From assembly GCA_963977445.1 (NCBI GenBank), contig CAXBPH010000104.1, positions 1 to 21,512 of the forward strand: 21,512 nt of DNA, read 5' to 3'. A program made the translations under genes and the position numbers. This document shows positions 8,778 to 18,249 of the stretch, piece by piece. Within the stretch, counting starts at the first letter, position 1; every line of letters begins with the position of its first letter. Below the pieces are notes generated by a model that saw nothing but the letters and a program-made list of their open reading frames with translations, made no database searches and had not been told where the DNA came from. Source of the DNA: an uncultured bacterium. Lineage in GTDB: Bacteria; Hydrogenedentota; Hydrogenedentia; Hydrogenedentales; JAEUWI01.

Positions 8778-11351
8778 ATGAATAAAAAGCACAGTTTAGT
8801 CCCTGTATTGGCCCTGATTGCCCTTGTGGCTGGCGTCACCCACGCCGCCGAACCTTCTTCAACGTATATCCGCGATTGGTTACTCACCGGTCCCATCACG
8901 CTGCAAGGACCCGACCCGGCGGCCCCGGATTTTAAACACCTTCAGGGCTTTACGCGCAATTACCTCGAATCCCAGGGTGAAGAAGGCGCCGTTCGGCCAG
9001 AAGTGGGCGATAAAGTCGTGTTTCCCGGCGGCGAAACGACCTGGAAGGCGTGGTCCTCGCCCACCGACGAAATAGACCTCGACGAAGCGGTCACCCGGGA
9101 AAATGGTGTGCTCACCTACGGCTATACGACCTTCGAGTCCGCCAAGGCACAGGCCGCCGTTCTGGCACTGGGTAGCAACGACGGTTGCCGCGTGTGGCTC
9201 AATGGTGAGGAAATCTTCGACTTTTCCGGTAGCCGTGGCCTCGTGCTGGATGACGATCTGATTCCCGTGCTGTTGCGCCAGGGGGCGAATCAGTTGCTCG
9301 TCAAAGTGGAAGACAAAGGGAATGCCTGGGGCGTCGCCTGTCGGATATTGTCCCTCAGCGAAAACGATATCTGGAAGCGCCTTTCACTGTTTCGCGCAGG
9401 CCAGTCCGAAGGTGAAAACGCGACCCTGAATTTCATGGCGCCAGCGTCCCTGTTGAAGACCCTGATTACCAGCGCAAACATTTCCGTTCGCCGGGATGAC
9501 AAAACCCGTGAGCTTGTATGGTCGGGGCCGTGGAACGGTCAAGCGGTCATGGCCCTGCCCCTCGACACGACGACCTTCGGGAGATATTCCATTACGGTTG
9601 ACGCGACCCTGGCCGGTGGCTTGCAGAGCACCCTGGAACAGCCGTTGTCTGCGGGGACCCCCATCGACTACACGGTATTTTCTGGCGGCACCAGCGACTA
9701 CGTCATTGTGGTTGATGCCGATGCCTCCGAGTCAGAAAAATGGGCGGCACAGGAGCTCCAGAAAAGCCTCAGCGCGGTCAGTGGCCTGAGCCTTCCTGTC
9801 GTCAATGTCGCCGATGCTACGGGTCGGCCCGCAATCATCGTGGGTTGGAATGACCTTACCCGGCAGCGGGTCGCAGCCAATACCCCGGCCCCGAAACCCA
9901 CCGATGAAGCCTTCACCTATTTCAACGCAGACGGCGATATTGTGATTTACGGTGGCCAGCAGCGAGGCACCATGTATGGCGTCATGGCCTTCCTGGAAAA
10001 CGAATTGGGAGTGCGTTTTTACACGCCCGACGTCACGGTAGCCCCGAAACGTGATGCCTTCACCTTTCGCTTGTTGAATCACAGCGAAGCCCCGGGCATA
10101 CGGGTGCGCAACGACTTTTACTACGAGGCCTTCAATCCCACCTGGGCCGCCCACAATCGCGTCAATGGTGCGATGAATTCCAGGCAGCAGCCCGGTGGCG
10201 TCGAAGGCTATTGGTCGGTCCATACCTTTTACCCGCTCTTGTCCCCCGAAGAATTCTTCGAAAGCCACCCGGAATACTTCAGCCTTATCGAGGGTAAACG
10301 TATTCACGAGCGGGCCCAGCTTTGCCTCACCAATCCCGACGTGCTCGATATTGTGACGGACCGCCTGAAGCAGCGCATGCGGGAGAATCCCGGTAACCTC
10401 ATCTATTCGGTCTCGCAAAATGATTGGCACAATGCCTGTGAGTGCGACAACTGCCAGGCCATCGCGACCAAGGAAGAAAGCGAATCCGGACCGGTCTTGT
10501 GGTTTGTGAACCAGGTTGCCGAGCGCGTGGAAAAGGAGTTTCCGGACAAGTTTGTGGGCACCCTCGCCTACCAATACACCCGCAAGCCGCCGAAGACTAT
10601 TCGCCCGCGGGACAATGTGGTCATCCGCTTTTGCAGCATCGAGTGCTGCTTTGCCCACGACTTTGTGAGCTGTCCGCAAAACGAAAGTTTCATGGATGAT
10701 CTGAACGGATGGGCGGAAATCGCGCCCCGGATTTATGTATGGGATTACGTCGTGAGTTTCAGCAACTACGTCATGCCCTTTCCGAACTTCAGCGTGTTGA
10801 AGTCCAATATACAGACCCTCCGCGATCACCACGCTATCGGTATCATGGAACAGGCCGCCTACCAGAGCCGGGGCGGTGAATTCTCCGAGCTCAAGGCCTA
10901 TTTGATTGCCAAGCTCCTGTGGAACCCCGAGGCCGACGTCGAACCCATCATCGATGATTTCATGTATGGCTACTACGGTCGGGCAGGCCAATATATCCGG
11001 GAATACTTTGACCTGGTGCAAAACCTGGTGACGCCCGACACCCACTTCACCATCTGGATAACCCCGGAAAACTTCCTCTACAACGATGACTTTATCCGTC
11101 AGGGTGAACACATCCTCGATCAGGCGGCCCGTGTTGCCGACAGCCCGGAGATACTTCGCCGCGTCGACATGGCGCGACTTCCCCTGCTCTATCTCAAGTG
11201 TAAACGGATGCCAGAGCAGGCCCTCCGCGACGGCAGCTATGATCAGTTGTTGAAAATTACAGAGCGGGAAAACGTGACCCACTTCTCCGAGCAAGCCGCT
11301 ACGTCCTGGCAGCGACTCACGGAAGTGATGGAACAGGCCGGGGCTAAGTGA
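8778..11351 (+). CDS. Secreted DUF4838 domain protein with N-terminal carbohydrate-binding/PA14-like and GH20/GH67 N-terminal-like modules
   Basis: GAGGAG RBS; signal peptide ending VTHA; GSNDGCRVWLNG, RGTMYGVMAFLENELGVRF, HPEYFSL, QLCLTNPDV, SQND..CECDNC, KLLWNP. Confidence 0.82.
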   Translation: MNKKHSLVPVLALIALVAGVTHAAEPSSTYIRDWLLTGPITLQGPDPAAPDFKHLQGFTRNYLESQGEEGAVRPEVGDKVVFPGGETTWKAWSSPTDEIDLDEAVTRENGVLTYGYTTFESAKAQAAVLALGSNDGCRVWLNGEEIFDFSGSRGLVLDDDLIPVLLRQGANQLLVKVEDKGNAWGVACRILSLSENDIWKRLSLFRAGQSEGENATLNFMAPASLLKTLITSANISVRRDDKTRELVWSGPWNGQAVMALPLDTTTFGRYSITVDATLAGGLQSTLEQPLSAGTPIDYTVFSGGTSDYVIVVDADASESEKWAAQELQKSLSAVSGLSLPVVNVADATGRPAIIVGWNDLTRQRVAANTPAPKPTDEAFTYFNADGDIVIYGGQQRGTMYGVMAFLENELGVRFYTPDVTVAPKRDAFTFRLLNHSEAPGIRVRNDFYYEAFNPTWAAHNRVNGAMNSRQQPGGVEGYWSVHTFYPLLSPEEFFESHPEYFSLIEGKRIHERAQLCLTNPDVLDIVTDRLKQRMRENPGNLIYSVSQNDWHNACECDNCQAIATKEESESGPVLWFVNQVAERVEKEFPDKFVGTLAYQYTRKPPKTIRPRDNVVIRFCSIECCFAHDFVSCPQNESFMDDLNGWAEIAPRIYVWDYVVSFSNYVMPFPNFSVLKSNIQTLRDHHAIGIMEQAAYQSRGGEFSELKAYLIAKLLWNPEADVEPIIDDFMYGYYGRAGQYIREYFDLVQNLVTPDTHFTIWITPENFLYNDDFIRQGEHILDQAARVADSPEILRRVDMARLPLLYLKCKRMPEQALRDGSYDQLLKITERENVTHFSEQAATSWQRLTEVMEQAGAK

Positions 11352-11397
11352 CCCGTCGGGTTGTTTGACCATCTGAACGTGTAAAAGTAGCTAGTGG

Positions 11398-11452
11398 CGG
11401 GTCAGGCGAGGTTTCTAACGCAGGTTAGATGGCCTCGCCTGACTCGTTTTTT
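11398..11452 (+). terminator. Rho-independent terminator between convergent genes
   Basis: CGGGTCAGGCGAGG / CCTCGCCTGACTCG stem with inner TCTAAC/GTTAGA, followed by T6. Confidence 0.8.
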
Positions 11453-11528
11453 ACGTTGTGTCATTGTAGATACGCTTGAATTCACGTCGTGCTCCAACGA
11501 GATCACCCGAAGATGCCGCACCCCATCC

Positions 11529-12668
11529 TCAGCGAGCCTTCCAAGTCGATTCATCTAATGTAGTGCCATCAAGGGATTTTATCGCAACCGTCGCGGTCGT
11601 GCCTTCTCGCGGTATGGTGAGCAAGATATAGTTCGCCACGCTTTCGGAAAATTGACTGTTTTCCCCGTCTGCGTATATATCTCCCGCCTTAAGCGCTGTG
11701 TTGAAAAAGGGGAAACCCTCCACTTCGGCACGTTCTGCGAAGAGACCAAAACCCGTGATGGCCATAGTGCCTTGTCGGATGAGTTCACCCCAGGCCCCGT
11801 TATTCTGCCGACGCACCTGGGCATGTTGTTCATTGTAAAGGGTGATCACGAAACGTTGTGTGCTTTGTGGCATGAGTTTGCGGTACCACATGAATTGCTC
11901 CGATGCGATATCGAAGGTGTGACAACTCTGCCAGCCATTGCCCATATCGGAAATGTGATTCAAGTCGAGGGCGATAAAGCGTGTATCAAATCCCGGCACA
12001 TCCAGGTGCCATTTCCACCCGTCGTTCGGCAGGGGGAAGAACTTCAGGAAAGCCACTGCATCAATGTCGTAGGTGGGATCTGTCAATGGTTCAAACATGC
12101 GGGGTCGAATCTGGCGGTCGTGATTGCCCAGGGCCGGCATAAATGGAATCGTAGCGAAGAGCACGGGATACTGATCGATGGCTCGGGAGAAGGGCTCCGT
12201 ATTGTCCGGCTCACCGGGGCGTTCGAGTGAAATAAGATGGTGGACAAAATCGCCGCACCCGATGAGCAGGTGGGGTCGGTCTGCCAGGAGTGTGTCCAGA
12301 GAGGGATAGCGTTGCCAGTTTGCGGCAAGGGCCACACGCAAGGTGTCCCCTTCGTAGCTCGCCACACGGTTTACGTCGGAAATCCATTTTCCTGAGGAAA
12401 CCTTGTAGTGGAGTGCGCCTGCCGTGGGAAAGGGCACGGCTACGTGATGGAGCGAAACCAGCGTGTCATCGGCCCGGGTTTGACCCAGCTCGGCTGTCGG
12501 GCCGAAGTCCACCTGGGAAGGCGCTGGCTCGGGAGTTTCCCAGTTGATCATGAGTTGCGACGCGTCGCTGACAGGATGGGTCAGCCAGATCCGTGTGATG
12601 GTCTCAGCGAAGGCAGCGGACAATGGCGTCCAGCAAAGTAGTGTCAGGAGTACAAATCGAAGAAGCAT
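11529..12668 (-). CDS. Secreted purple-acid-phosphatase-like metallophosphoesterase (FN3-like N-domain) with degenerate metal motifs
   Basis: Signal peptide; INWET..VDFG..HHVAV..YKV N-domain; GDFV and GNHD motifs; EQFMWY. Confidence 0.75.
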   Translation of the reverse strand: MLLRFVLLTLLCWTPLSAAFAETITRIWLTHPVSDASQLMINWETPEPAPSQVDFGPTAELGQTRADDTLVSLHHVAVPFPTAGALHYKVSSGKWISDVNRVASYEGDTLRVALAANWQRYPSLDTLLADRPHLLIGCGDFVHHLISLERPGEPDNTEPFSRAIDQYPVLFATIPFMPALGNHDRQIRPRMFEPLTDPTYDIDAVAFLKFFPLPNDGWKWHLDVPGFDTRFIALDLNHISDMGNGWQSCHTFDIASEQFMWYRKLMPQSTQRFVITLYNEQHAQVRRQNNGAWGELIRQGTMAITGFGLFAERAEVEGFPFFNTALKAGDIYADGENSQFSESVANYILLTIPREGTTATVAIKSLDGTTLDESTWKAR

Positions 12669-12738
12669 GGGAGTTATCCATAGGGTGAAGCCTCGGTTTT
12701 AGTAAATATAGACTCTTGGAGACGAACTATAATGGTAG

Positions 12739-12960
12739 TCAGAGAATTTTTCCAAGGTCCGTACAGGCTTCGGCAATGGGGCCAAACGCTATGCCAAGGG
12801 TCTGGCCGCACAACGGACAGGTCCGGGTTTCCTGATAGGTCTTTCGCAGTTTTGCAATGCGGGCTGATGACATGATTTGCCGCAGCGAGAACTGGTTTTG
12901 CTGCGTGCAGGAGACCGAGCCATAACATACCGGGCAATGGGCTGTGTTTATGATATGCAT
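12739..12960 (-). CDS. Small (73 aa) putative zinc-binding protein with two CxxC motifs
   Basis: Strong RBS AGGAAGGAG 10 nt before ATG 12960; CPVC and CPLCG motifs; fills the gap upstream of the co-oriented phosphoesterase. Confidence 0.6.
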   Translation of the reverse strand: MHIINTAHCPVCYGSVSCTQQNQFSLRQIMSSARIAKLRKTYQETRTCPLCGQTLGIAFGPIAEACTDLGKIL

Positions 12961-13183
12961 ATCCGTGGCGCTCCTTCCTGTGATGAGTATGGCAGTACCA
13001 TCGCCCCACCCGCAATGGGATTGTTTCCTGACCGCACGAAAATTATCGGGTACCTCCAATTCGACTCGGGCTTACACGAAGTTTATACTCAGTGAGCATA
13101 GCGTCGGGCATACAGGTCAGGCCCGATACCAATCCGCGTGACAATCGCCCGCTCTCTGGTGGGTATAGGAAATACACCCCCTC

Positions 13184-15367
13184 GTGAAAGAATTACAAGC
13201 TGCACTGGATAAGGCCGTTAGCGATGCAAGAGCCCCGGGCGCTGTCGCCTATGTGGGTCATCGAGATAAGACTATTTTCCATGGTGCGAGTGGATATCGG
13301 GCCCTCACACCCGAGCGACAGAAAGCAGAAAAAGATACCCTTTACGATATGGCCTCCCTCACGAAGGTGGTGTGCACGACATCGTGCATCCTTTTGTTGA
13401 AGGAGCGTGGTCTGCTTGACCTGGATCAGCCCGTTTCGGAATTCATTCCGATTCCTTCATTCAGCCGCTTCACCGTGCGCCATTTGCTGACCCACACTTC
13501 GGGTCTGGTGAGTCACAAGGTCTGGTATAAGGAAACCGTGGGACTCGATGCCTACGTAGAGCGCATTGGGTCCCTCGAACTGGGTTGGACGCCCGGCACG
13601 CGCCGCAACTACTCCGATTTGGGTTTTATGGTGTTGAGCAAGGTGGTGGAGATGGTGGGCCGCAACTCCTTCGATGCCTTTGCCCGGGAGAACGTATTCA
13701 AGCCGCTGAAGATGAACGATACAGGCTTCAACCCACCGGCCAATCGCTGGAAAGATTGCGCCGCGACGGAAGACTGCGCCTGGCGTGGTAAAGTCATGCA
13801 GGGCCAGGTACACGATGAAAACGCCTATGCCATTGGCGGCGTATCGGGCCATGCGGGACTTTTTGCCCCGGCCGCGGATATTGCGACCTTTTGTCGCGCC
13901 ATGATCGATGAAAAGCTTCTCAAAAAAGAGACCCTGGCCGAACTGTCGAAAATGGGCATCGTCGCGAATTATCCCTGGCAGGGGCTGGGCTGGAAGATGG
14001 ACCCCTGGAAGGGGGGCTCAGAGGGCTATTTGTCCTCCCGACGGGCTATTGGCCATACCGGTTGGACGGGCACGAGCATCTGGATGGATCTCGATGCGGG
14101 CTATTTTGCCATCCTCTTGAGCAATACACCCCATCCCGACCGGGAAAAGCGGAGCAACCGCACCCTGCGTCAGACTTTTTACGAACCCGTCGCCCAAATG
14201 GCCTATCCAAACTCAGCCAACGTCCACACCGGTCTCGATCGGGTGGTTTGGGATGAATTCGATGCAGTCAAGGGCAAGCGTATTGCTTTGTTGACCAATC
14301 AGGGTGGGGTAGACGAACTGGGGCGTCCCATTGTCGATGTATTGGCCATGGACGCCGACGTGGAGGTCGCACGACTCTTCAGCCCCGAGCATGGCTTCAC
14401 CGGTCAGGCCGAAGCGGGGGAGAAGGTAGGCAGTCAGCGTGCCGCCGCGCCCCTCGTGAGTCTCTATGGCGATCAGCAAAGTCCCACGGCAGAACAGCTT
14501 CAGGGCATTGAGATGTTTGTCGTCGATTTGCCCGACATCGGGGCCCGCTACTACACCTACATGGCTACCATGAAAGCCTGTATGGAGGCCTGTGCCAAGG
14601 CACGGGTGCCGGTTCATATCCTAGATCGACCCAATCCCCTGGGCGGTGTTGTCGTGGAAGGGCCCGTGGCTACCCGGACCGGTTCGCTGGTGTGTAGTGC
14701 GCCCATTCCCATTCGACATGGTATGACCCTCGGTGAACTGGCCCTCTATTTCAAACAAATAGACCAGGACTTGCGTGGCCTCGACTTAACGGTGAGTCGG
14801 CTGGATAACTGGTCCCGCGACTTGATGGCCCCCCAATGCAGCCTGCCCTGGGTGTCCCCATCGCCCAACATCCCCCGATTTGAATCCGCCCTGCTCTATA
14901 TTGGCATGTGCCTCTTTGAGGGTGTGAATCTCAACGAAGGGCGGGGCACGGAAACACCCTTTGAAATTGTGGGCGCACCATGGTTGGATGCCGCCAACGT
15001 CGTCGATGCCCTCAGTCCCATGGAGTACCTGGGCTGCGCGCTCACCGTGGAGGATTACACCCCACGCTCCATCGCTGGCAAGTCCACCTCGCCGAATTAC
15101 AAAGATGAAGTGTGTCACGGGATTCGAATTCAAATCACCGACCAGGAAAATGTGCGCCCCTTTTCCTTAGCCTATGGCTTACTGCGGGCCATGGCCAAGA
15201 TTCACCCCAAAGAACTGGTCTGGCGTGATTTCTTTGACACCTTAGCCGGTGGGGATGGGTTGCGGAGCGCCATCCAGGCAGGCGTTTCCACTTCAAACTA
15301 CCTGGACTCCATACGGTCGGAACAAACTAAATTCAAACGCCTTCGTCCGACCATCTATATGCCATGA
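13184..15367 (+). CDS. Fusion of beta-lactamase-family serine hydrolase (AmiE-like) and exo-beta-N-acetylmuramidase NamZ (DUF1343) domain
   Basis: N-half: SLTK (SxxK), LLTHTSG, YSD, VHDENA, GHAGLF, GHTGWTG. C-half: LFSPEHG, GARYYTY, LDRPNPLGG, RHGMTLGEL, SPNIP, EGRGT. GTG start. Confidence 0.92.
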   Translation: MKELQAALDKAVSDARAPGAVAYVGHRDKTIFHGASGYRALTPERQKAEKDTLYDMASLTKVVCTTSCILLLKERGLLDLDQPVSEFIPIPSFSRFTVRHLLTHTSGLVSHKVWYKETVGLDAYVERIGSLELGWTPGTRRNYSDLGFMVLSKVVEMVGRNSFDAFARENVFKPLKMNDTGFNPPANRWKDCAATEDCAWRGKVMQGQVHDENAYAIGGVSGHAGLFAPAADIATFCRAMIDEKLLKKETLAELSKMGIVANYPWQGLGWKMDPWKGGSEGYLSSRRAIGHTGWTGTSIWMDLDAGYFAILLSNTPHPDREKRSNRTLRQTFYEPVAQMAYPNSANVHTGLDRVVWDEFDAVKGKRIALLTNQGGVDELGRPIVDVLAMDADVEVARLFSPEHGFTGQAEAGEKVGSQRAAAPLVSLYGDQQSPTAEQLQGIEMFVVDLPDIGARYYTYMATMKACMEACAKARVPVHILDRPNPLGGVVVEGPVATRTGSLVCSAPIPIRHGMTLGELALYFKQIDQDLRGLDLTVSRLDNWSRDLMAPQCSLPWVSPSPNIPRFESALLYIGMCLFEGVNLNEGRGTETPFEIVGAPWLDAANVVDALSPMEYLGCALTVEDYTPRSIAGKSTSPNYKDEVCHGIRIQITDQENVRPFSLAYGLLRAMAKIHPKELVWRDFFDTLAGGDGLRSAIQAGVSTSNYLDSIRSEQTKFKRLRPTIYMP

Positions 15368-15397
15368 AAAAAGCCACAGTGCATCATGCACTGTGGC
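15367..15397 (-). terminator. Terminator for the small minus-strand gene (may be bidirectional)
   Basis: GCCACAGTGCAT-C-ATGCACTGTGGC perfect inverted repeat, preceded by A6 on the + strand (T6 tail on the - strand). Confidence 0.75.
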
Positions 15398-15420
15398 CAG
15401 AATACTTGAAATTGCTCGGG

Positions 15421-15618
15421 TCAGCTTACGGGGGCACCTGCTTTGTACAGCACGGTGTATAACAAGTCGCCGGAGCCCGCCCGGCTGCCTACTTCGTGAG
15501 ACAGCACCGTCTTCACGTCTACAACGTCAACCCCACTGTCCCGGATCCACGAATTGACCGTATCGTCCAGTTCCAGGGTCTTGTCCTCATAGCCTTTAAA
15601 CGTCTTTAAAAATATCAT
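15421..15618 (-). CDS. Small hypothetical protein (65 aa), Cse60-like pattern
   Basis: Purine-rich RBS AAAGGGAACGGGAACA before ATG; own terminator; pattern LKTF..LDDTVNSWI..VVDVK..TVLYK resembles Cse60/DUF2758. Confidence 0.7.
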   Translation of the reverse strand: MIFLKTFKGYEDKTLELDDTVNSWIRDSGVDVVDVKTVLSHEVGSRAGSGDLLYTVLYKAGAPVS

Positions 15619-15757
15619 TGTTCCCGTTCCCTTTTTTTACGTTGTTTCGAAACGTCATCTGAACCGTAGTGTATCAGGAAGAAAGAGCGAATACACGTTC
15701 TTTGAAGGGGGGAAATGAGGCCCTATCTGAGTGGGGGGGAGCGTCTTGAGAGGGGCT

Positions 15758-15790
15758 AAAAAAGCGCAGGGGGCGGAATAGCCGCCCCCC
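15758..15790 (-). terminator. GC-rich hairpin with downstream T-tract on the minus strand
   Basis: GGGGGCGG / CCGCCCCC stem (15769-15789); on the - strand followed by TGCGCTTTTTT. Confidence 0.5.
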
Positions 15791-16076
15791 ACTATAGGAA
15801 AGAGTGTCTGCGACGTCCAATCGGTCTACTCTTTAAAGACTGTCAGGATTGTAACCCTACTGAGGCTGAGCTTCCATGGCTGTATCTATCAACAACATTT
15901 GTAAAACTATCATGCTTGTTTTAGAATAGCCAGGTTGCCCAGGGAAATATGGCAAAAAACTGCTGAGAAACGTTGGCTGGGCGGCTACTATAATTACAGC
16001 ATCTCAATTCCTGTGTCGTAGGGTTATTCGAGAAAATAGGTTGTTTTTAATTGAGCGACCGTGAAAGTGGGCCTCC

Positions 16077-16949
16077 GTGTCACAAATCGCACCAGACACC
16101 CCGATCACCGATATCAAGAAATGGTCTCCCCAATGTCGTGAGCACTATATCCCCCGTCGTTCGAATCGTGCCGCTACCGTAGAAAAAAAAGGGATTGCAG
16201 AAGGGGGGATTACGGAGGCCTATTCGGGGTATGAAATCGGTCGCGTCTCGCCGCCTTTTCATTTGCTGCTCTACACCACCCGCGGTCAAGGGCGCGTTCA
16301 CTCACCTCAGACAGCGTGTGTCGTCGGGCGTGGTGAAGTGCTTATTATTCCAGCGGGAACGGCATTCAACTATCGGCCCCACCGTGGTCCATGGTCTTTT
16401 GTATGGTTTCATCTCATGGAAATGGAATTGTGGGCACGACTCCGCGATCACGATCTCACGGTCCAAAGCACCACCCTCACGTCGCCCCTGGAAAAATCCA
16501 TGGTGGAGTTCCTGCGGGAATCGCACGGCACCAATTTATACTCGCCCCGGGCCGCCGGGCTTCATGCGGAGTTAATTGCCCTTTACATTGAACGGGAGCT
16601 TCGCCAAATCAGTGTGTGGGGTGGGAACGACATTCAGGTGCGACTGGATCACCTCTGGGATCAGGTCAACGAGACACCGGGCGAAGCGTGGAGCGTCGCC
16701 AGTATGGCCAAGACGTTACACGTCTCCACGCCCCATCTCCATCGTCTGGTGCAGGCCAGCACCGGCACATCGCCCATGAAAATGGTCACCCGCCTTCGCA
16801 TGGAACGGGCCCAGGATTTGATGACCATTCTCGATTGCAAAATATCGGCCGTAGCCGAGATGGTGGGATACCAGAACGAATTCGCCTTTTCCGTGGCCTT
16901 CAAACGCTTTTTTGGTATGACCCCCAGCGAGTTCCGTCAGCGCCGTTAA
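16077..16949 (+). CDS. AraC-family transcriptional regulator
   Basis: N-terminal cupin-like domain (LLYTTRGQG..GEVLIIP..FVWFH); C-terminal double HTH WSVASMA..RLRMERA..VAEMVGYQNEFAFSVAFKRFFGMTPSEFR. Confidence 0.93.
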   Translation: MSQIAPDTPITDIKKWSPQCREHYIPRRSNRAATVEKKGIAEGGITEAYSGYEIGRVSPPFHLLLYTTRGQGRVHSPQTACVVGRGEVLIIPAGTAFNYRPHRGPWSFVWFHLMEMELWARLRDHDLTVQSTTLTSPLEKSMVEFLRESHGTNLYSPRAAGLHAELIALYIERELRQISVWGGNDIQVRLDHLWDQVNETPGEAWSVASMAKTLHVSTPHLHRLVQASTGTSPMKMVTRLRMERAQDLMTILDCKISAVAEMVGYQNEFAFSVAFKRFFGMTPSEFRQRR

Positions 16950-16968
16950 CCCATCATAAGCCTACCCC

Positions 16969-18249
16969 TTACTGGGCATCCTGAAAGCGGAGGAGATGAT
17001 AGTTCTTCTTGCCTTTGCGCACGATAGCCATCCCTTCCGTTAACAGTGCGGTCCCATCCAGGACACGATCTTCCGTATCGATACGATCACTATTCAAGTA
17101 AAGACCACCGTTTTTAATCAGTCGGCGGCCTTCGCCTTTGCTTGTGAAAATATTCAACTCAACGAGGACATCGAGGAGAAGTCGACCTTCGTTCAGGATG
17201 GACTTGTTCAACGTGTCACTCGGCACCTCACTGAAAATATCGGAGAGGGTCGTTTCGTCTAAGCCCTTCAAGTCGCCACCAAACATCGCCTGAGAGGCCT
17301 TGATGGCATTTTCCAGGGCGCTCTCCCCGTGGACCAACCGGGTCACCTCTTCCGCAAGGCGTCGCTGGGCGGCACGCTTGTGGGGTTCTTCGGTGATTTG
17401 TCGCTCCAGGTCGCCAATTGTTTCCTTATCGAGGAAGGTAAAGTACTTGAGGTATTTGGCCGCATCCACGTCGGCCTGGTTCAGCCAGAACTGGTAGAAC
17501 TTGTAGGGCGATGTGCGCGCCGAGTCGAGCCAGATATTGCCGGACTCCGATTTTCCGAATTTGGAGCCGTCGGACTTCGTGACCAGGGGGAGGGTGAGCC
17601 CGTAGGTCTCCGTAGACCGTACCCGGCGGGTCAGATCCATGCCCGCGACAATATTGCCCCACTGATCACTGCCCCCGATTTGGAGTTTGCAATCATAGGT
17701 CTCATTGAGTTGCATGAAATCATAGGCCTGGAGCAGGCTGTAGGTGAACTCCGTGTAGGAGATACCCTGGTCGCGATCTTCCAGGCGTTGGCGAACCGAT
17801 TCCTTGCTCAACATGACATTTACGCTGAAATGTTTCCCCACATCCCGCAGGAAATCGATGAAGGTCATGGAGCCGAGCCAGTCGATATTATTGCGCAGGA
17901 GGGCACCATTATCGCCCTCAAAATCGATAAAACGCTCCAATTGGGCCCGGATACCGGCTACATTCAGGTCTACTTGCTCCTTGGTGAGGAGGGAGCGCTC
18001 TGACGCCTTGAAGCTGGGATCGCCGATGAGACCCGTGCCGCCACCGACGAGCGCGATGGGTTTATGACCGGCCCGCTGGAAGTGCATCAGTCCAATAATA
18101 GGCACCAGACTACCTACGTGAAGGCTGTCGGCCGTGGGGTCAAAGCCGCAGTACAGGGTCATGGGGCCTTTTTCAAGGACATCGGACAAGGTCTCATGGG
18201 TTTGCTGCTGGAGCAGCCCACGCCAGGAAAGTTCTTCGAGCAGGGTCAT
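16969..18249 (-). CDS. tyrS: Tyrosine--tRNA ligase
   Basis: LYCGFDPTADSLHVGS (HIGH-type), LLQAYDF, QIGGSDQWGN, KFGKS, C-terminal S4-like domain with RKGKKNY; GGAG RBS. Confidence 0.98.
   Translation of the reverse strand: MTLLEELSWRGLLQQQTHETLSDVLEKGPMTLYCGFDPTADSLHVGSLVPIIGLMHFQRAGHKPIALVGGGTGLIGDPSFKASERSLLTKEQVDLNVAGIRAQLERFIDFEGDNGALLRNNIDWLGSMTFIDFLRDVGKHFSVNVMLSKESVRQRLEDRDQGISYTEFTYSLLQAYDFMQLNETYDCKLQIGGSDQWGNIVAGMDLTRRVRSTETYGLTLPLVTKSDGSKFGKSESGNIWLDSARTSPYKFYQFWLNQADVDAAKYLKYFTFLDKETIGDLERQITEEPHKRAAQRRLAEEVTRLVHGESALENAIKASQAMFGGDLKGLDETTLSDIFSEVPSDTLNKSILNEGRLLLDVLVELNIFTSKGEGRRLIKNGGLYLNSDRIDTEDRVLDGTALLTEGMAIVRKGKKNYHLLRFQDAQ

Noticed and set aside
9732..11372. 546-aa minus-strand ORF
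   Set aside because: Antisense shadow of the DUF4838 gene, with no motifs; common with GC-rich codon usage
12674..13015. 113-aa His-rich minus-strand ORF
   Set aside because: Overlaps the better-supported CxxC ORF in another frame and lacks an RBS
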